Positions 28,462 to 41,583 of a stretch of 64,000 nucleotides of DNA are shown here, one piece after another. Source of the DNA: a bacterium (lineage in GTDB: Bacteria > UBA8248). The stretch is from assembly GCA_965213685.1 (NCBI GenBank), contig CBDBZY010000029.1, forward strand, positions 32,001 through 96,000, read 5' to 3'. The position numbers were made by a program, and so were the translations under genes. Every line of letters starts with the position of its first letter. Position 1 is the first letter of the stretch. Under the pieces are notes generated by a model. That model did not search any database. It had not been told where the DNA came from and worked only from the letters and a program-made list of their open reading frames with translations.

Positions 28462-29266
28462 ATTTGTCCGCCGTCCGCGCAGGAGAAGGCGTCGCTCCAG
28501 AAGGCGCTCCTACCAGCGAGGGATATACCTCGTCCCCAACCTGCTGACGACGGGTAGCCTCTTCGCCGGATTCTACGCGATAGTCGCCTCCATCCAGGGA
28601 GACTTCGCCTGGGCCTCCCTGGCCATTCTGCTGGCCATCTTCCTGGACGGGGTTGACGGCACCGTCGCCCGGTTGACGAAGAGCACAAGCGCCTTTGGCC
28701 TTCAATACGACTCGCTATGCGATCTGACGGCTTTCGGCGTCGCTCCCGCCGTTCTGATATACACGTGGGCTCTCGCCCCGTATGGGAGAATCGGCTGGCT
28801 GGCCGCATTCATATTCGCCGCCTGCGGCGCATTGCGGCTCGCGCGCTTCAACGTGATGGCCCAGGCCGGGGGCGGCTCGCTCGATTTCCGGGGGCTGCCG
28901 ATACCGGGTGCGGCCGGCGTGTTGGCCTCCATCGTGTATCTGGCCGAGGATTTCGCGCTCAAGGCCTACATTCCTCTCATCGCGGTCGCTGCGCTCGGCT
29001 ACATTCTGGCGTTCCTGATGGTCAGCACCATTCGCTACAAGAGCTTCAAGGATTTGAGCGGACCGCTCAAAAGGCCGTTTCGCGTCCTCGTCGGCGCCGT
29101 GCTCGCCCTGTTCGTCGCGGCGGCGATCCCCCAGGTGGTCGCCTGCGTCGCGTTCGGCGGCTACGCCGCGTCCGGCCCTTTGGGGACGATCCGGAGGTGG
29201 CGTAGGAAGGCGAAGCCGGAGCCCCCCCCGGAGGTTCTCGAAAAAAACCATGCGGAATCCTCCTAG
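28427..29266 (+). CDS. pssA: CDP-diacylglycerol--serine O-phosphatidyltransferase
   Basis: DGVDGTVAR...G.QYDSLCD and ALRLARFN motifs. TTG start after GGAGGAG inferred. Confidence 0.92.
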   Translation: MDGEQTGRPRSRFVRRPRRRRRRSRRRSYQRGIYLVPNLLTTGSLFAGFYAIVASIQGDFAWASLAILLAIFLDGVDGTVARLTKSTSAFGLQYDSLCDLTAFGVAPAVLIYTWALAPYGRIGWLAAFIFAACGALRLARFNVMAQAGGGSLDFRGLPIPGAAGVLASIVYLAEDFALKAYIPLIAVAALGYILAFLMVSTIRYKSFKDLSGPLKRPFRVLVGAVLALFVAAAIPQVVACVAFGGYAASGPLGTIRRWRRKAKPEPPPEVLEKNHAESS

Positions 29267-29374
29267 GCTCTCCTCCGGACGGCGCCACGACGCACGCGCC
29301 CCGTCCGTTTTCCCGATTGCGCTCCCGCCCGACACCCTTCATAATCGAGCGCATTAGACGGCCCAATCCACCAC

Positions 29375-31819
29375 ATGACGCGACCACTTTTCAAACGCCC
29401 GACCCATCCGGGGCTGGAGAGGTTTCACGCAAATCCCGGCTGCAAAAGGAAAAGGGTTCGCCAAGCCGCGATGACGAAAGGGCCCGCCTTGCATATGCCG
29501 AAATCCGCTTTCTGGAAAACCCGGGCGCTTTGTTTGCCGTTCATCGTTTTCGCCCTCGCGTTTTTCTGGCGGCCGCCCCACCCGGCGGCACAATCCGCCC
29601 CCGCCGGCGCGCAAAGCCCGTCGCCGGCCACCCCGCCTCCGGCGAGCGACGCGGGGTTGCGGTTTTTGAGAGACCCCGGCGCGGCCATCGCCATTACGGC
29701 GGATCAGATCATCGAGGACAGGAAGCGGCAGCGCATCATCGGCCGCGGGGATTCGGACATCCGCTATCTCGGCAACCGAATCCAGGCGGACTACATCGAC
29801 GTGCAAACGGCCACCCGCGACGGCGTGGCCACGGGGAACGTCGTCTTTCACTCCGGGGACGACCGCCTCACGGCCAGCCGCGTCGAGTTCAACCTCGACA
29901 CGGAGCGCATGGTCATATTCGACGCGCGCGGCTTCATCGGCGCCACCCACTACGTGACGGGGCAGATGGTTCGACGCCTCTCCGAGGATCGATTCGAAGT
30001 CCAGGATGGCACCTTCACCACGTGCGAAGGCGACCTTCCCGACTGGGCTTTCGGCTTCAGGAGCGCCATCTTTCAGGTGGAGGGCTACGCCCGGCTTCAG
30101 TCCCCCGTCATGACGGTGAAGGGCGCGCCCGCCGCGTTTCTCCCTTGGGCCATGGTTCCCGTCAAGACCAAAAGAGCCACCGGCTTTCTCGTGCCGGACG
30201 TCGGTTACGGCAGCCGGAGCGGCCTTCAGTTTTCCCCCTTGTTTTTCTGGGCCATCAACGAATGGTCGGACGCCACCCTGGGGGTCGATTACTTCAGCAG
30301 GCGCGGCACCCGCTACAAGGGGGAGTATCGCTACACCCCGAGCCAGAACACGTCGGGAGAGATCGCGGGGCGGTACCTGGAAGACAGGCTCGAGGGAGCG
30401 ACCTTTGAGGACATCAAGGGCTTCCACCGGACGGATTTCGGCGCCGGCTCCCGTTTGCACGCGGTGCTCGACATGGAGAAGCGCCCCGCCCCCAAGGACA
30501 GCTCCCTCGAAAGCGACCTGGTGGCGCGCACGCGCCAGCGCACGGACAGCCACGTCACCTTCCAGCAAGACCTCCCCCGCATCTCCGGCCAACTGCAGAT
30601 AGGGGCAAGGCGAGAGGAGGGATTGAACGAAAAAGAGGGGCAAGTATTCCAGAAGGCGCCGGAAATCGTGGTGGACATCCAGGACAGGCGCCTCGGCTCA
30701 AGTGACCTGTACTTCAAGATGAACTCCTCCCTCATCCGTTTCCGAAAAACCGAAGCCGACAGAACGGTGCGCTTGAGCCGGTTTCACGCCGAGCCGTCCC
30801 TGTCGCTTCATCTGGCGTCGTTCCCCTGGCTCCAGGTGACGCCCGAAATCGGACTTCGCAAAACCTACTGGACCCATCAAAAAGCGGACCGGAGCGTGGG
30901 GCGCGTCCCGGATGCGGACGAACTGCTGGAAGACGGCCTGGGGCGCGACATGTGGTTCGCGAGGCTCCATACGGTCGGCCCGCGATACAGCAAGATATAC
31001 CGGGGCGCCCTTGGCCCCTTCCGGGATTTCAAGCACATCATATCGCTGGAGACGACGTACAAATACAGCCCGGCGAATGACGCCGAAGACAGGCGGCTGA
31101 TCATTCCGTTCGATTCGGTAGACACCCGCGGGGACGAAAACGCCATTGAGTACGCCCTCGTGAACCGCGTGCTGACAAAGCTGCCCCGAAAAAACGGCCA
31201 CGAGACGAGACAGCTGCTCCGGTATGAAATCCGCCAGGAGTACAACGTCGATGAAGCCCGAAGAAGCCAGCGTCTCTTCACGCGCCCCAGACGCACTTTC
31301 AGCGACATCACGTTCAAGCTGGTATCCGAACCCATATCCTCGTTTCGCCTGCTCCAGGAAATCAAATACAACCCGTATGATTCGGAGATCAGCGAACACT
31401 CCACGGACCTGTTTCTTCATAGCGGCCAGGACTGGTATCTGGGCGTGGACCGAACCTGGAAGCGGCAAAGAAACAGTTTTCCCAAAAGCGAGGGAAGCAG
31501 CTCCATCAATTTCGCAGGCGGCTTCTCCATCAACCAGAGGCTCTTTCTGGAATACATCACGCGCCTGAACGAAACCGAGGAGACCACCATCGAGCGAAGC
31601 ATCAGCGCCCGCTACCGGGACTGCTGCTGGGCAATGGAGCTCACCTACACGGCCCTGGAGGATCAAGACGACATTTTCTTCGGGTTCAGCCTCCTCGGCG
31701 TGTTCGAAGCGGAAAGGTCCCCGAGGTTCCGGACCGGAAAGAGCATCTGGCGCGGAAGCATGTTCTCCGGAAGCGACCTGCTGAAAAGCCGTCGGCCGGG
31801 GCGCCGGCCCTCTAGGTAG
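29375..31819 (+). CDS. lptD: LPS-assembly outer-membrane protein LptD
   Basis: OstA-like N-domain (ITADQI, GTFTTC..W), KRATGFLVP, beta-barrel strands and C-terminal YRDCCW. Start uncertain. Confidence 0.85.
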   Translation: MTRPLFKRPTHPGLERFHANPGCKRKRVRQAAMTKGPALHMPKSAFWKTRALCLPFIVFALAFFWRPPHPAAQSAPAGAQSPSPATPPPASDAGLRFLRDPGAAIAITADQIIEDRKRQRIIGRGDSDIRYLGNRIQADYIDVQTATRDGVATGNVVFHSGDDRLTASRVEFNLDTERMVIFDARGFIGATHYVTGQMVRRLSEDRFEVQDGTFTTCEGDLPDWAFGFRSAIFQVEGYARLQSPVMTVKGAPAAFLPWAMVPVKTKRATGFLVPDVGYGSRSGLQFSPLFFWAINEWSDATLGVDYFSRRGTRYKGEYRYTPSQNTSGEIAGRYLEDRLEGATFEDIKGFHRTDFGAGSRLHAVLDMEKRPAPKDSSLESDLVARTRQRTDSHVTFQQDLPRISGQLQIGARREEGLNEKEGQVFQKAPEIVVDIQDRRLGSSDLYFKMNSSLIRFRKTEADRTVRLSRFHAEPSLSLHLASFPWLQVTPEIGLRKTYWTHQKADRSVGRVPDADELLEDGLGRDMWFARLHTVGPRYSKIYRGALGPFRDFKHIISLETTYKYSPANDAEDRRLIIPFDSVDTRGDENAIEYALVNRVLTKLPRKNGHETRQLLRYEIRQEYNVDEARRSQRLFTRPRRTFSDITFKLVSEPISSFRLLQEIKYNPYDSEISEHSTDLFLHSGQDWYLGVDRTWKRQRNSFPKSEGSSSINFAGGFSINQRLFLEYITRLNETEETTIERSISARYRDCCWAMELTYTALEDQDDIFFGFSLLGVFEAERSPRFRTGKSIWRGSMFSGSDLLKSRRPGRRPSR

Positions 31820-31876
31820 AATGGCCACGCCGGATTTTTTGGGGGATTTTTGGGGGAAGAAGGGGCGGCCGCAGGC

Positions 31877-31906
31877 TTGACATCCCCCCAGGGGTGTCCT
31901 CATTAT
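31877..31906 (+). promoter_or_regulatory. Putative sigma70 promoter upstream of the long ugd leader
   Basis: TTGACA-N18-CATTAT; the -35/spacer carries the palindrome GACATCCCC-N-GGGGTGTC. Confidence 0.45.
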
Positions 31907-32230
31907 TTGACAGCCCGAACAGGGAGAAGGAAGCGATTTCATCCACATTTTCAGCCGCCGTCCCGCCCATGCATCCTGCGATGACAGCTCCCCTCCGAGC
32001 GGGGGAAACCGCGGGCACAGCAGAAACCATCCGCCGGGGCGCCGGCGGCGCTGTCATCGCCCGCATTGCGGAGGGGAGTCCCGGGCCATAAAACGGATTT
32101 TTCATCGCCGCAAGGCGAGGACGGCGGACCGGCGGCTTCCCTGCCAAGTTCCGCGCGACAACCATTTTCTTTATGTTCCATATACTCGCCCGCGAAACTT
32201 GACCATTTCCATCCGGAACAGAGAAGCGAA

Positions 32231-33556
32231 ATGAACATTTCCATCATTGGCTGCGGATACGTCGGGCTGGTCACGGGAACCGTGTTCGCACACCTGGGCA
32301 ACAACGTCACCTGCGCGGACATCGATCACAGGCGCGTCGCCGCCCTGAACGCGGGCGACTGCCCCATCTATGAGCCCGGGCTGCCCGATCTGCTGGAGAG
32401 CAACCTCCGGCAAGGCAGGCTCACGTTCACCACCTCCACGTCCCGGGCCGTCTCCGAAAGCGAGAACGTATTCATTTGCGTGGGCACGCCATCCGACGGG
32501 AACGGCGCGACCGAGCTCTCGCAGATAGAGGCGGCGGCGGCGAGCGTCGCCCGCGCGTTGAACGGCTACAAGATCGTCGTCAACAAAAGCACCGTGCCCG
32601 TCGGCACGGGGGATTTCGTCCGAAGCGTCATGGAAAAAAACGGCGCCGCCCCGGAAGATTTTGACGTGGTGTGCAACCCCGAGTTTTTGCGCGAAGGACA
32701 AGCCGTGCAGGATACGATGCAGCCGGACCGCATCGTCATCGGCGCCTCATCGCCCAGGGCGGCGGAGGCCATGCAGCACCTGTATAGCCCCCTCAACGCC
32801 CCCATCCTGCACACGGACATACAAAGCGCCGAGTTGATCAAATACGCCTCGAACGCATTTCTAGCGACGAAAATCGCGTTCATCAACGCGGTGGCGAACA
32901 TTTGCGAGCAGACGCAGGCGAACGTCCGCGACGTCGCCCGGGGGATGGGCGCGGACTCCCGGATCGGCCCCGCTTTCCTGGGGGCGGGACTGGGCTACGG
33001 GGGCTCCTGCTTTCCGAAAGACGTGGATTCCCTGCTGGACACCTCCAGGCGGCTGGGCGCGGAGATGGGGATTCTCGAATCCGTGAAGGCGGAAAACGAA
33101 AACCGCGTCCCCCGGTTGATTCAGAGAATCATCCGGCGAATCGGCGAGGCGGGCGGGCCGCCGCTCGAGGGAAAAACCATCGGCGTTCTGGGATTATCGT
33201 TCAAGCCGGACACCGATGACATGCGGGAGGCGAAAAGCGTCGAGGTTTGCCGGGCACTCCGCGACGCGGGGGCGCGGCTGCGCGCCTACGACCCGGTCGC
33301 CACGGAAAACGCCCGGCGCGTCATCGGGAGCGATCGCGTGGAGTATTGCCGAAGCTCCTATGACGCCGCGAAAGGCGCGAGCGCAATCGTCATCGTCACC
33401 GAGTGGCGCGAGTTCGTCCAGCTGGACCTAAATCGCCTGAAATCGCAGATGCGCACGCCCATCCTGTTCGATGGGCGAAACGTCTACTCCCCGAAACAGG
33501 TGGCGGACGCCGGCCTGGAATACCACGGCATCGGGCAAACGCTGGCGCGGTCCTGA
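32231..33556 (+). CDS. ugd: UDP-glucose/GDP-mannose 6-dehydrogenase
   Basis: [23 protein letters not shown] and [10 protein letters not shown] motifs. Confidence 0.95.
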   Translation: MNISIIGCGYVGLVTGTVFAHLGNNVTCADIDHRRVAALNAGDCPIYEPGLPDLLESNLRQGRLTFTTSTSRAVSESENVFICVGTPSDGNGATELSQIEAAAASVARALNGYKIVVNKSTVPVGTGDFVRSVMEKNGAAPEDFDVVCNPEFLREGQAVQDTMQPDRIVIGASSPRAAEAMQHLYSPLNAPILHTDIQSAELIKYASNAFLATKIAFINAVANICEQTQANVRDVARGMGADSRIGPAFLGAGLGYGGSCFPKDVDSLLDTSRRLGAEMGILESVKAENENRVPRLIQRIIRRIGEAGGPPLEGKTIGVLGLSFKPDTDDMREAKSVEVCRALRDAGARLRAYDPVATENARRVIGSDRVEYCRSSYDAAKGASAIVIVTEWREFVQLDLNRLKSQMRTPILFDGRNVYSPKQVADAGLEYHGIGQTLARS

Positions 33557-33558
33557 AA

Positions 33559-34515
33559 ATGGAGAATTCCCGCATCGTGATCACCGGTGGGGCGGGCTTC
33601 ATCGGCTCCCATCTATGCGACCACCTCCTCTCCCTGGGGAACGAGGTCGTATGCGTGGACAACTTCATCACGGGGGAGCAGTCGAACATCCGGCATCTCC
33701 TCCAAAACGGAAGCCCGAATTTCACGCTCCTCGAACACGACATCTGCCAGCGCATCGAGGTCTCGGGAAGCGTGGACGCCGTTTTTCACTTCGCGAGCCC
33801 CGCCAGCCCGATCTACTATCTGAAATTTCCCATCCAGACGCTGAAGGTCGGCTCCCTCGGCACGCACAACGCACTGGGCCTTGCGAAGGAGAAAAGGGCG
33901 CGCTTTCTTCTCGCCTCCACCTCCGAGGTGTATGGCGACCCGCAAATCCATCCGCAGCACGAGGAATACTGGGGCCACGTCAACCCGATCGGCCTGCGCG
34001 GGGTATATGACGAGGCCAAGAGGTTCGCTGAGGCGATGACGATGGCGTACCAGCGGACGCATGGCCTCAACGTGCGCATCGCCCGCATTTTCAACACCTA
34101 CGGCCCGCGAATGCGCATCAAGGACGGGCGCGCGATTCCCGCCTTTATCTCGCAAGCCATCCGGAACGAACCCATCAGCGTCTTTGGCGACGGCCAGCAG
34201 ACGAGAAGTTTTTGTTTCATCACCGACCTCATCGACGGCCTCATCAAACTGATGGGCAGGGAGATCCATACGCCCGTCAACCTCGGCAACCCCGCCGAGA
34301 TGACCGTCCTCGCCCTGGCGCGGAGAATCATCGCCATCACAAACGCGGGCTCGGAAATCCACTACATGCCGTTGCCCGTGGATGACCCCAAAATCCGGCA
34401 GCCCGACATCCAGAAAGCGAAAAAACATCTCGGCTGGGAACCGGTTGTTCCACTGGAGGGGGGACTGCGGGTCACCATCCAGGATTTTCAGGAACGCCTG
34501 GGCACAGCGCGCTGA
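33559..34515 (+). CDS. uxs: UDP-glucuronate decarboxylase (UDP-xylose synthase)
   Basis: [31 protein letters not shown] and [10 protein letters not shown] motifs. Confidence 0.9.
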   Translation: MENSRIVITGGAGFIGSHLCDHLLSLGNEVVCVDNFITGEQSNIRHLLQNGSPNFTLLEHDICQRIEVSGSVDAVFHFASPASPIYYLKFPIQTLKVGSLGTHNALGLAKEKRARFLLASTSEVYGDPQIHPQHEEYWGHVNPIGLRGVYDEAKRFAEAMTMAYQRTHGLNVRIARIFNTYGPRMRIKDGRAIPAFISQAIRNEPISVFGDGQQTRSFCFITDLIDGLIKLMGREIHTPVNLGNPAEMTVLALARRIIAITNAGSEIHYMPLPVDDPKIRQPDIQKAKKHLGWEPVVPLEGGLRVTIQDFQERLGTAR

Positions 34516-34698
34516 ACGCCCCCGCGCGGGCCGCGCGCATGTCCGGCGGAACGCGCCGACGCCGCGCACCCTTTCCGCCTGGTTCTCCTCACGCGCCTTG
34601 AAATCCGGCGCGCAGATCGGCTAGATTCATGGCCGGCGGACAAACTCGCCCTCCCCATCGTCTGCGCCGCCCGGCAGGCCTTCACGCAGAGGTGTCTT

Positions 34699-35355
34699 TT
34701 GTTGGAATCCTCGGCAAAGGAATTCCTGGCCGGCCGCGCCGCCAAATACGCATCGCTCGCCGCGGGCGACTACCCCCGTCAGATAGACGGGGTCTGCGAC
34801 GTCATCCTCGAGTGTCTGCTGAACGGCGGGAAAATCATCGCCTTTGGCAACGGGGGGAGCGCAGCACTCGCCGCGCACTTCACCGGCGAGCTCGTCGGCC
34901 GCTTCCTGGCCGATCGCCCCCCCCTGCCCGCCATCTGCCTGCACGCCGAGACGAGCGCCCTCACCGCCATCGGAAACGACTACGGGTATGAAGAGACGTT
35001 CTCGAGGCAGATTCAGGCGCATGGCCAAAAAGGGGACGTCGCCCTGGGCTTGAGCACGAGCGGCAACTCCGGCAACGTCGTCGCCGCCCTCCGGCGGGCG
35101 AGCACCCAGGACATGCGGGGCGTCGCGATGACGGGAAGGGGCGGGGGGCGGGCCTCCGGAGCAGCGGAGTTCGTGGCGAAAGTCCCGTCGGAGGACACCG
35201 ATTTCATACAGGAAGCCCATGAGGCCGCCCTGCATTACATATGCCACCGCATCGACGGAGCTCTCGCCGGGGGGGACGCGCGGGGGCTGACGCGGCGCGA
35301 CGCGGACGAGACGCCCTCCGGAAGCGGACAGGGGGAAGCCGCCCCGGGCGGATGA
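34699..35355 (+). CDS. gmhA: Phosphoheptose isomerase (SIS domain)
   Basis: FGNGGSAA, TAIGNDYGY, STSGNS and IQEAH motifs. Confidence 0.88.
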   Translation: MLESSAKEFLAGRAAKYASLAAGDYPRQIDGVCDVILECLLNGGKIIAFGNGGSAALAAHFTGELVGRFLADRPPLPAICLHAETSALTAIGNDYGYEETFSRQIQAHGQKGDVALGLSTSGNSGNVVAALRRASTQDMRGVAMTGRGGGRASGAAEFVAKVPSEDTDFIQEAHEAALHYICHRIDGALAGGDARGLTRRDADETPSGSGQGEAAPGG

Positions 35356-35385
35356 GCGCAACAACGACGACAGGACGCGCGAGAC

Positions 35386-36189
35386 GTGGAAATCGGAATT
35401 CTGGGGAGCGGAAGCCGGGGAAACGCCGCCGTGGTCCGCGCAGGCGGTGCGGCCTTTCTGGTGGATGCGGGCCTCAGTGCGCGCCAGATCACAAAACGCC
35501 TCGAAGCCTACGGCCTCCACCCGCGGGATTTGGCGGCCATCGTGCTCACGCATGAGCACATCGACCACGTCCGAGGCGCGGGCACCCTAGCGAGAAGATG
35601 GGATTTGCCCCTCTGGACGAACAAGGGCACATACGAGGCTAGCCTCCGGACGATAGGCGAGACGCCCAGGTGGATCGAAATCGAGGTGGGCCTCCCCTTC
35701 CACATCGGCGGCGTGCGGCTCGAGCCTTTCAGCACGCCCCATGACGCGGCGGATCCGTTCGGAATGATATTGCGGGGGGAGGACGGGCGGCGCATCGGCT
35801 TCGCCACCGACATGGGGTTCGCCACGAACCTGGCGCGCCGGCGACTCCAGGGGATTCAGGGACTCGTGCTGGAATTCAACCATGACGTGGAGATGCTCAT
35901 CAACGGTCCCTACCCCTGGCCGCTCAAGCAAAGGATCCGGGGGAAACTCGGACACCTCAGCAACGAGGACGCGGCCCGCCTCCTCGAGGAGGTCGCCACG
36001 GACGAGTTCGAGTGGCTCGTCTGCGCCCACGTCTCGCAGGAGAACAACGAGGACCGGCTTCTTCTCGGGGTAGCGCGAAAGGCGTTGGGCGGCAACGGGA
36101 GGGGAGGCGAAAGAAACCTCCTGTGCGCCGGCCAGGACGCGCCCACCCCCCTCATCGGTCCCGGAGGAGAGGGGGAGGGCATCTCGTGA
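35386..36189 (+). CDS. MBL-fold metallohydrolase (YycJ/WalJ-like)
   Basis: GSGSRGN, THEHIDH, PHDA, TDMG and GHLSN motifs. Confidence 0.88.
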   Translation: MEIGILGSGSRGNAAVVRAGGAAFLVDAGLSARQITKRLEAYGLHPRDLAAIVLTHEHIDHVRGAGTLARRWDLPLWTNKGTYEASLRTIGETPRWIEIEVGLPFHIGGVRLEPFSTPHDAADPFGMILRGEDGRRIGFATDMGFATNLARRRLQGIQGLVLEFNHDVEMLINGPYPWPLKQRIRGKLGHLSNEDAARLLEEVATDEFEWLVCAHVSQENNEDRLLLGVARKALGGNGRGGERNLLCAGQDAPTPLIGPGGEGEGIS

Positions 36190-37511
36190 TTCCGCGATAC
36201 GCGCGCCCGGAAATGGCGAGGATATGGGAGGAGCGGGAAAAACTGCAGCGGATGCTGGACGTCGAGATCGCCGTTTGCGAGGAGATGGCCGCGCGGGGCG
36301 AGATTCCCGCGGACGCACTGGAGGAGATTCGCTCGAAAGCGGCGTTCGACGTCGGGCGGATCAAGGAGATCGAGCGCACCACCAAGCACGACGTCATCGC
36401 GTTTCTCACCAGCGTGGCGGAGCACGTAGGGCCCGCCTCGCGCTACATTCACCTCGGCATGACGAGCAGCGACGTCCTCGACACCGGTCTCGCCCTGCAA
36501 CTCGTATCGGCGGCCGACATCATCATCGAGAACATCCAGCACCTGCGAGAGACCCTCCGGCGGCGCGCCCTCGAGCAAAAGCGCACCCTCATCGCGGGCA
36601 GAACCCACGGGATGCACGCCGAACCCACCACGCTGGGACTGAAAATAGCCACGTGGCACGCCGAATTCGGACGCGCGGACGAGCGCATGCGAAGGGCGCG
36701 GGAAGCCGTTCGCGTTGGCCAGATATCGGGCGCCGTGGGCGCCTGTCCGCACATTCCGCCGGACGCCGAGGAGGCTGTCTGCGAGCGCCTGGGCCTCGAG
36801 GCGGACCGCGTCAGCAGCCAAATCATCCAGCGCGACCGCCATGCGGAGTATCACCTGGCGCTCGCCCTCGTGGCGGCGAGCATCTCGCGCGTGGCGACGG
36901 AGGTGCGCCACCTGCAAAGAAACGAGGTGGGCGAGGCGGAAGAATTCTTCAGCAAGGGACAAAAGGGAAGCTCCGCCATGCCCCACAAGAGGAACCCCGT
37001 CGTCTCGGAGCAGCTCTGCGGCCTCGCCCGGGTGGTGCAGGGAAACGCCTCGGCGGCCCTGCAAAACGTGCCCCTCTGGCACGAGCGCGACATCTCCCAC
37101 TCATCCGTGGAGCGCGTCATCCTGCCGGACAGCACGATTCTCGTCGATTACATGCTCCACAAGCTCAACGACTTGATGACAAACTGGGTGGTCTATCCCG
37201 GAAGGATGCGGGAGAACCTGGATCGCTCCCGGGGGCTGCTCCTCAGCGAGCACGTCATGCTCGCCCTGATTCGCAAGGCGGGCATCACCCGCGAGGAGGC
37301 CTACGCGCGCGTCCAGGCCCCCGCCATGGAGACGTGGGCCGAGGGCGGCGATTTTCAGGCCAGGCTGGCGGCGGACCCCGCGGTGGGGGGCGTCCTGGGC
37401 GAGGCGGCGCTCGCCCGCTGCTTCGACGTGGACGCCCATCTGAAGAACCTGGACCGGATATTCGAGCGGGCCTTTGGCCCCGGTGCGGAACGAACCCCCG
37501 GCGGCGGATGA
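36186..37511 (+). CDS. purB: Adenylosuccinate lyase
   Basis: IPRY, KHDVIAF, GRTHGMHAEP and GSSAMPHKRNP motifs. Confidence 0.96.
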   Translation: MIPRYARPEMARIWEEREKLQRMLDVEIAVCEEMAARGEIPADALEEIRSKAAFDVGRIKEIERTTKHDVIAFLTSVAEHVGPASRYIHLGMTSSDVLDTGLALQLVSAADIIIENIQHLRETLRRRALEQKRTLIAGRTHGMHAEPTTLGLKIATWHAEFGRADERMRRAREAVRVGQISGAVGACPHIPPDAEEAVCERLGLEADRVSSQIIQRDRHAEYHLALALVAASISRVATEVRHLQRNEVGEAEEFFSKGQKGSSAMPHKRNPVVSEQLCGLARVVQGNASAALQNVPLWHERDISHSSVERVILPDSTILVDYMLHKLNDLMTNWVVYPGRMRENLDRSRGLLLSEHVMLALIRKAGITREEAYARVQAPAMETWAEGGDFQARLAADPAVGGVLGEAALARCFDVDAHLKNLDRIFERAFGPGAERTPGGG

Positions 37512-37646
37512 CAAGCGGGGGCGCGGATATGGTAGGATGCGGAATCCCGGCGGCCGGGACCCCCGCTTTCTCGAGCGCCCGAATGATCGAACCGCCCCGG
37601 AACGCAGGCCCGGAAAACCCCTCGCTCCCCGAATGGAGAACGCTTC

Positions 37647-38360
37647 ATGCAACGCGGCAGACAGATATACGAAGGCAAGGCCAAGATCATCTATGAAACG
37701 GACGACCCCGCCTACTGCATCCAGTTCTTCAAGGACGACGCCTCCGCCTTTAACGCCAAGAAGCTGGGCACCATCGAGGCCAAGGGCGTCTTCAACAACT
37801 CCATATCCTCCCGCCTGCTTCAGGAGGTGGAGCACCAGGGCGTGCCCACGCATTTCGTCCGGAAACTCTCCGAGCGGGAGATGCTGGTGAAAAAACTCGA
37901 CATCATTCTGGTCGAGGTGGTGCTGAGAAACATCATCGCGGGGAGTCTGGCCAAGCGGATGGGCGTGGCGGAAGGCGCGCGCCTTCCCCACACGATTGTC
38001 GATCTGCACCTGAAAAACGACGCGCTGGACGACCCGCTCATCAACGAGGACACCGCCGTGGCCTTTGCGCTGGCGACGCGCGCGGAGCTCGCCCGGATGC
38101 GCGAATGCGCCCTGCGGGTGAACGATATCCTCACCGCGTTTTTCTCCGAGCGCAACATCGACCTCGTGGACTTCAAGCTCGAGTTCGGGCGTTGCGGGGC
38201 CGAGGGCGGCCGGCTGCTCCTGGGCGATGAAATCACGCCGGACGGCTGTCGCCTCTGGGAGAAGGAGACGGGCAGAAGGCTGGACAAGGACCGCTTCCGC
38301 AGAGATATGGGAAACGTGGAAGACGCATACGCCGAGGTCGAAAAAATCGTCCAGAGCTAA
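37647..38360 (+). CDS. purC: SAICAR synthase
   Basis: YEGKAK, DFKLEFG, DEITPDGCRLW and DKDRFR motifs. Confidence 0.96.
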   Translation: MQRGRQIYEGKAKIIYETDDPAYCIQFFKDDASAFNAKKLGTIEAKGVFNNSISSRLLQEVEHQGVPTHFVRKLSEREMLVKKLDIILVEVVLRNIIAGSLAKRMGVAEGARLPHTIVDLHLKNDALDDPLINEDTAVAFALATRAELARMRECALRVNDILTAFFSERNIDLVDFKLEFGRCGAEGGRLLLGDEITPDGCRLWEKETGRRLDKDRFRRDMGNVEDAYAEVEKIVQS

Positions 38361-38389
38361 TCCATCATCCCCCGCCTCAAGAGGCAGCG

Positions 38390-38650
38390 ATGGCGAAAGC
38401 CCGTATCTACGTGACGCTCAAGGCCGGCGTCCTCGACCCCCAGGGGGAAGCCGTTCGGAGCGCCCTCGCCTCTCTGGGATTCGGGGGCGTCATCGACGTG
38501 CGCGTGGGCAAATTCATCGAGATGGAGCTCGGAGACTCGCACAGCGTCCGCGCCGACCTCGAACGGATGTGTCGGGACCTTCTCGCGAATCCCGTCATCG
38601 AGGATTATCGCATCGAAGTGGCGGACGGCTCCGCGAACGGCGAGGGCTGA
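38390..38650 (+). CDS. purS: FGAM synthase subunit PurS
   Basis: LDPQG and LLANPVIE motifs. Confidence 0.95.
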   Translation: MAKARIYVTLKAGVLDPQGEAVRSALASLGFGGVIDVRVGKFIEMELGDSHSVRADLERMCRDLLANPVIEDYRIEVADGSANGEG

Positions 38651-39344
38651 TGATGCGGTTCGTCGTCGTCGTGTTCCCCGGCTCGAATTGCGATCACGAC
38701 TGCTACCACGCCATCAAGGACGGCCTCGGGCAACCGGTGCGCTTCGTCTGGCACAAGGAAACCTCCCTGGGGGACGCGGAGGTGGCGATACTCCCCGGGG
38801 GGTTCAGCTACGGGGATTATCTGCGCGCCGGCGCCATATCGCGCTTCTCCCCCATCATGCGGGCCGTGGCGGCACACACCCGGGAGGGGCGTCCCGTCAT
38901 CGGCATATGCAACGGCTTTCAATGCCTGGCCGAATCCGGCCTCCTCCCCGGGGCGCTGAGGCGAAACGAGTCGCTTCGCTTCATCTGCGACGACGCCTGG
39001 CTGAAATGCGAAACCTCCAGAACCCCCTTCACCCGCGGGATTCCGGCGGGAGAACTCCTCCGGATGCCCATCGCGCACGCGGAGGGAAACTACTACTGCG
39101 CACCCGATGCGCTCGCCGCACTCGAGGATAACGATCAGATCGTTTTTCGGTACGCGGACGCAGAGGGCCGCGCGGACACCGCATCGAACCCCAACGGCTC
39201 TGTCGGGAACATCGCCGGCGTATGCAACCCGCAAGGAAACGTGGTCGGCCTCATGCCGCATCCGGACCGCCGTTGCGATGCGTTGGTGGGCGGAGAGGAC
39301 GGGCTGCGGCTGTTCGCCTCCCTCGCGCAAACGGCGGCGTCGTC

Positions 39345-39348
<4 letters not shown>
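38650..39348 (+). CDS. purQ: FGAM synthase glutaminase subunit
   Basis: [24 protein letters not shown] and MPHP motifs. Confidence 0.96.
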
Positions 39349-41582
<2,234 letters not shown>

Positions 41583-41583
41583 G

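Noticed and set aside
37512-37646. Hairpin AAGCGGGGG/CCCCCGCTT before purC as a ZTP or purine riboswitch
   Set aside because: Lacks the conserved pfl/ZTP or purine riboswitch nucleotides.
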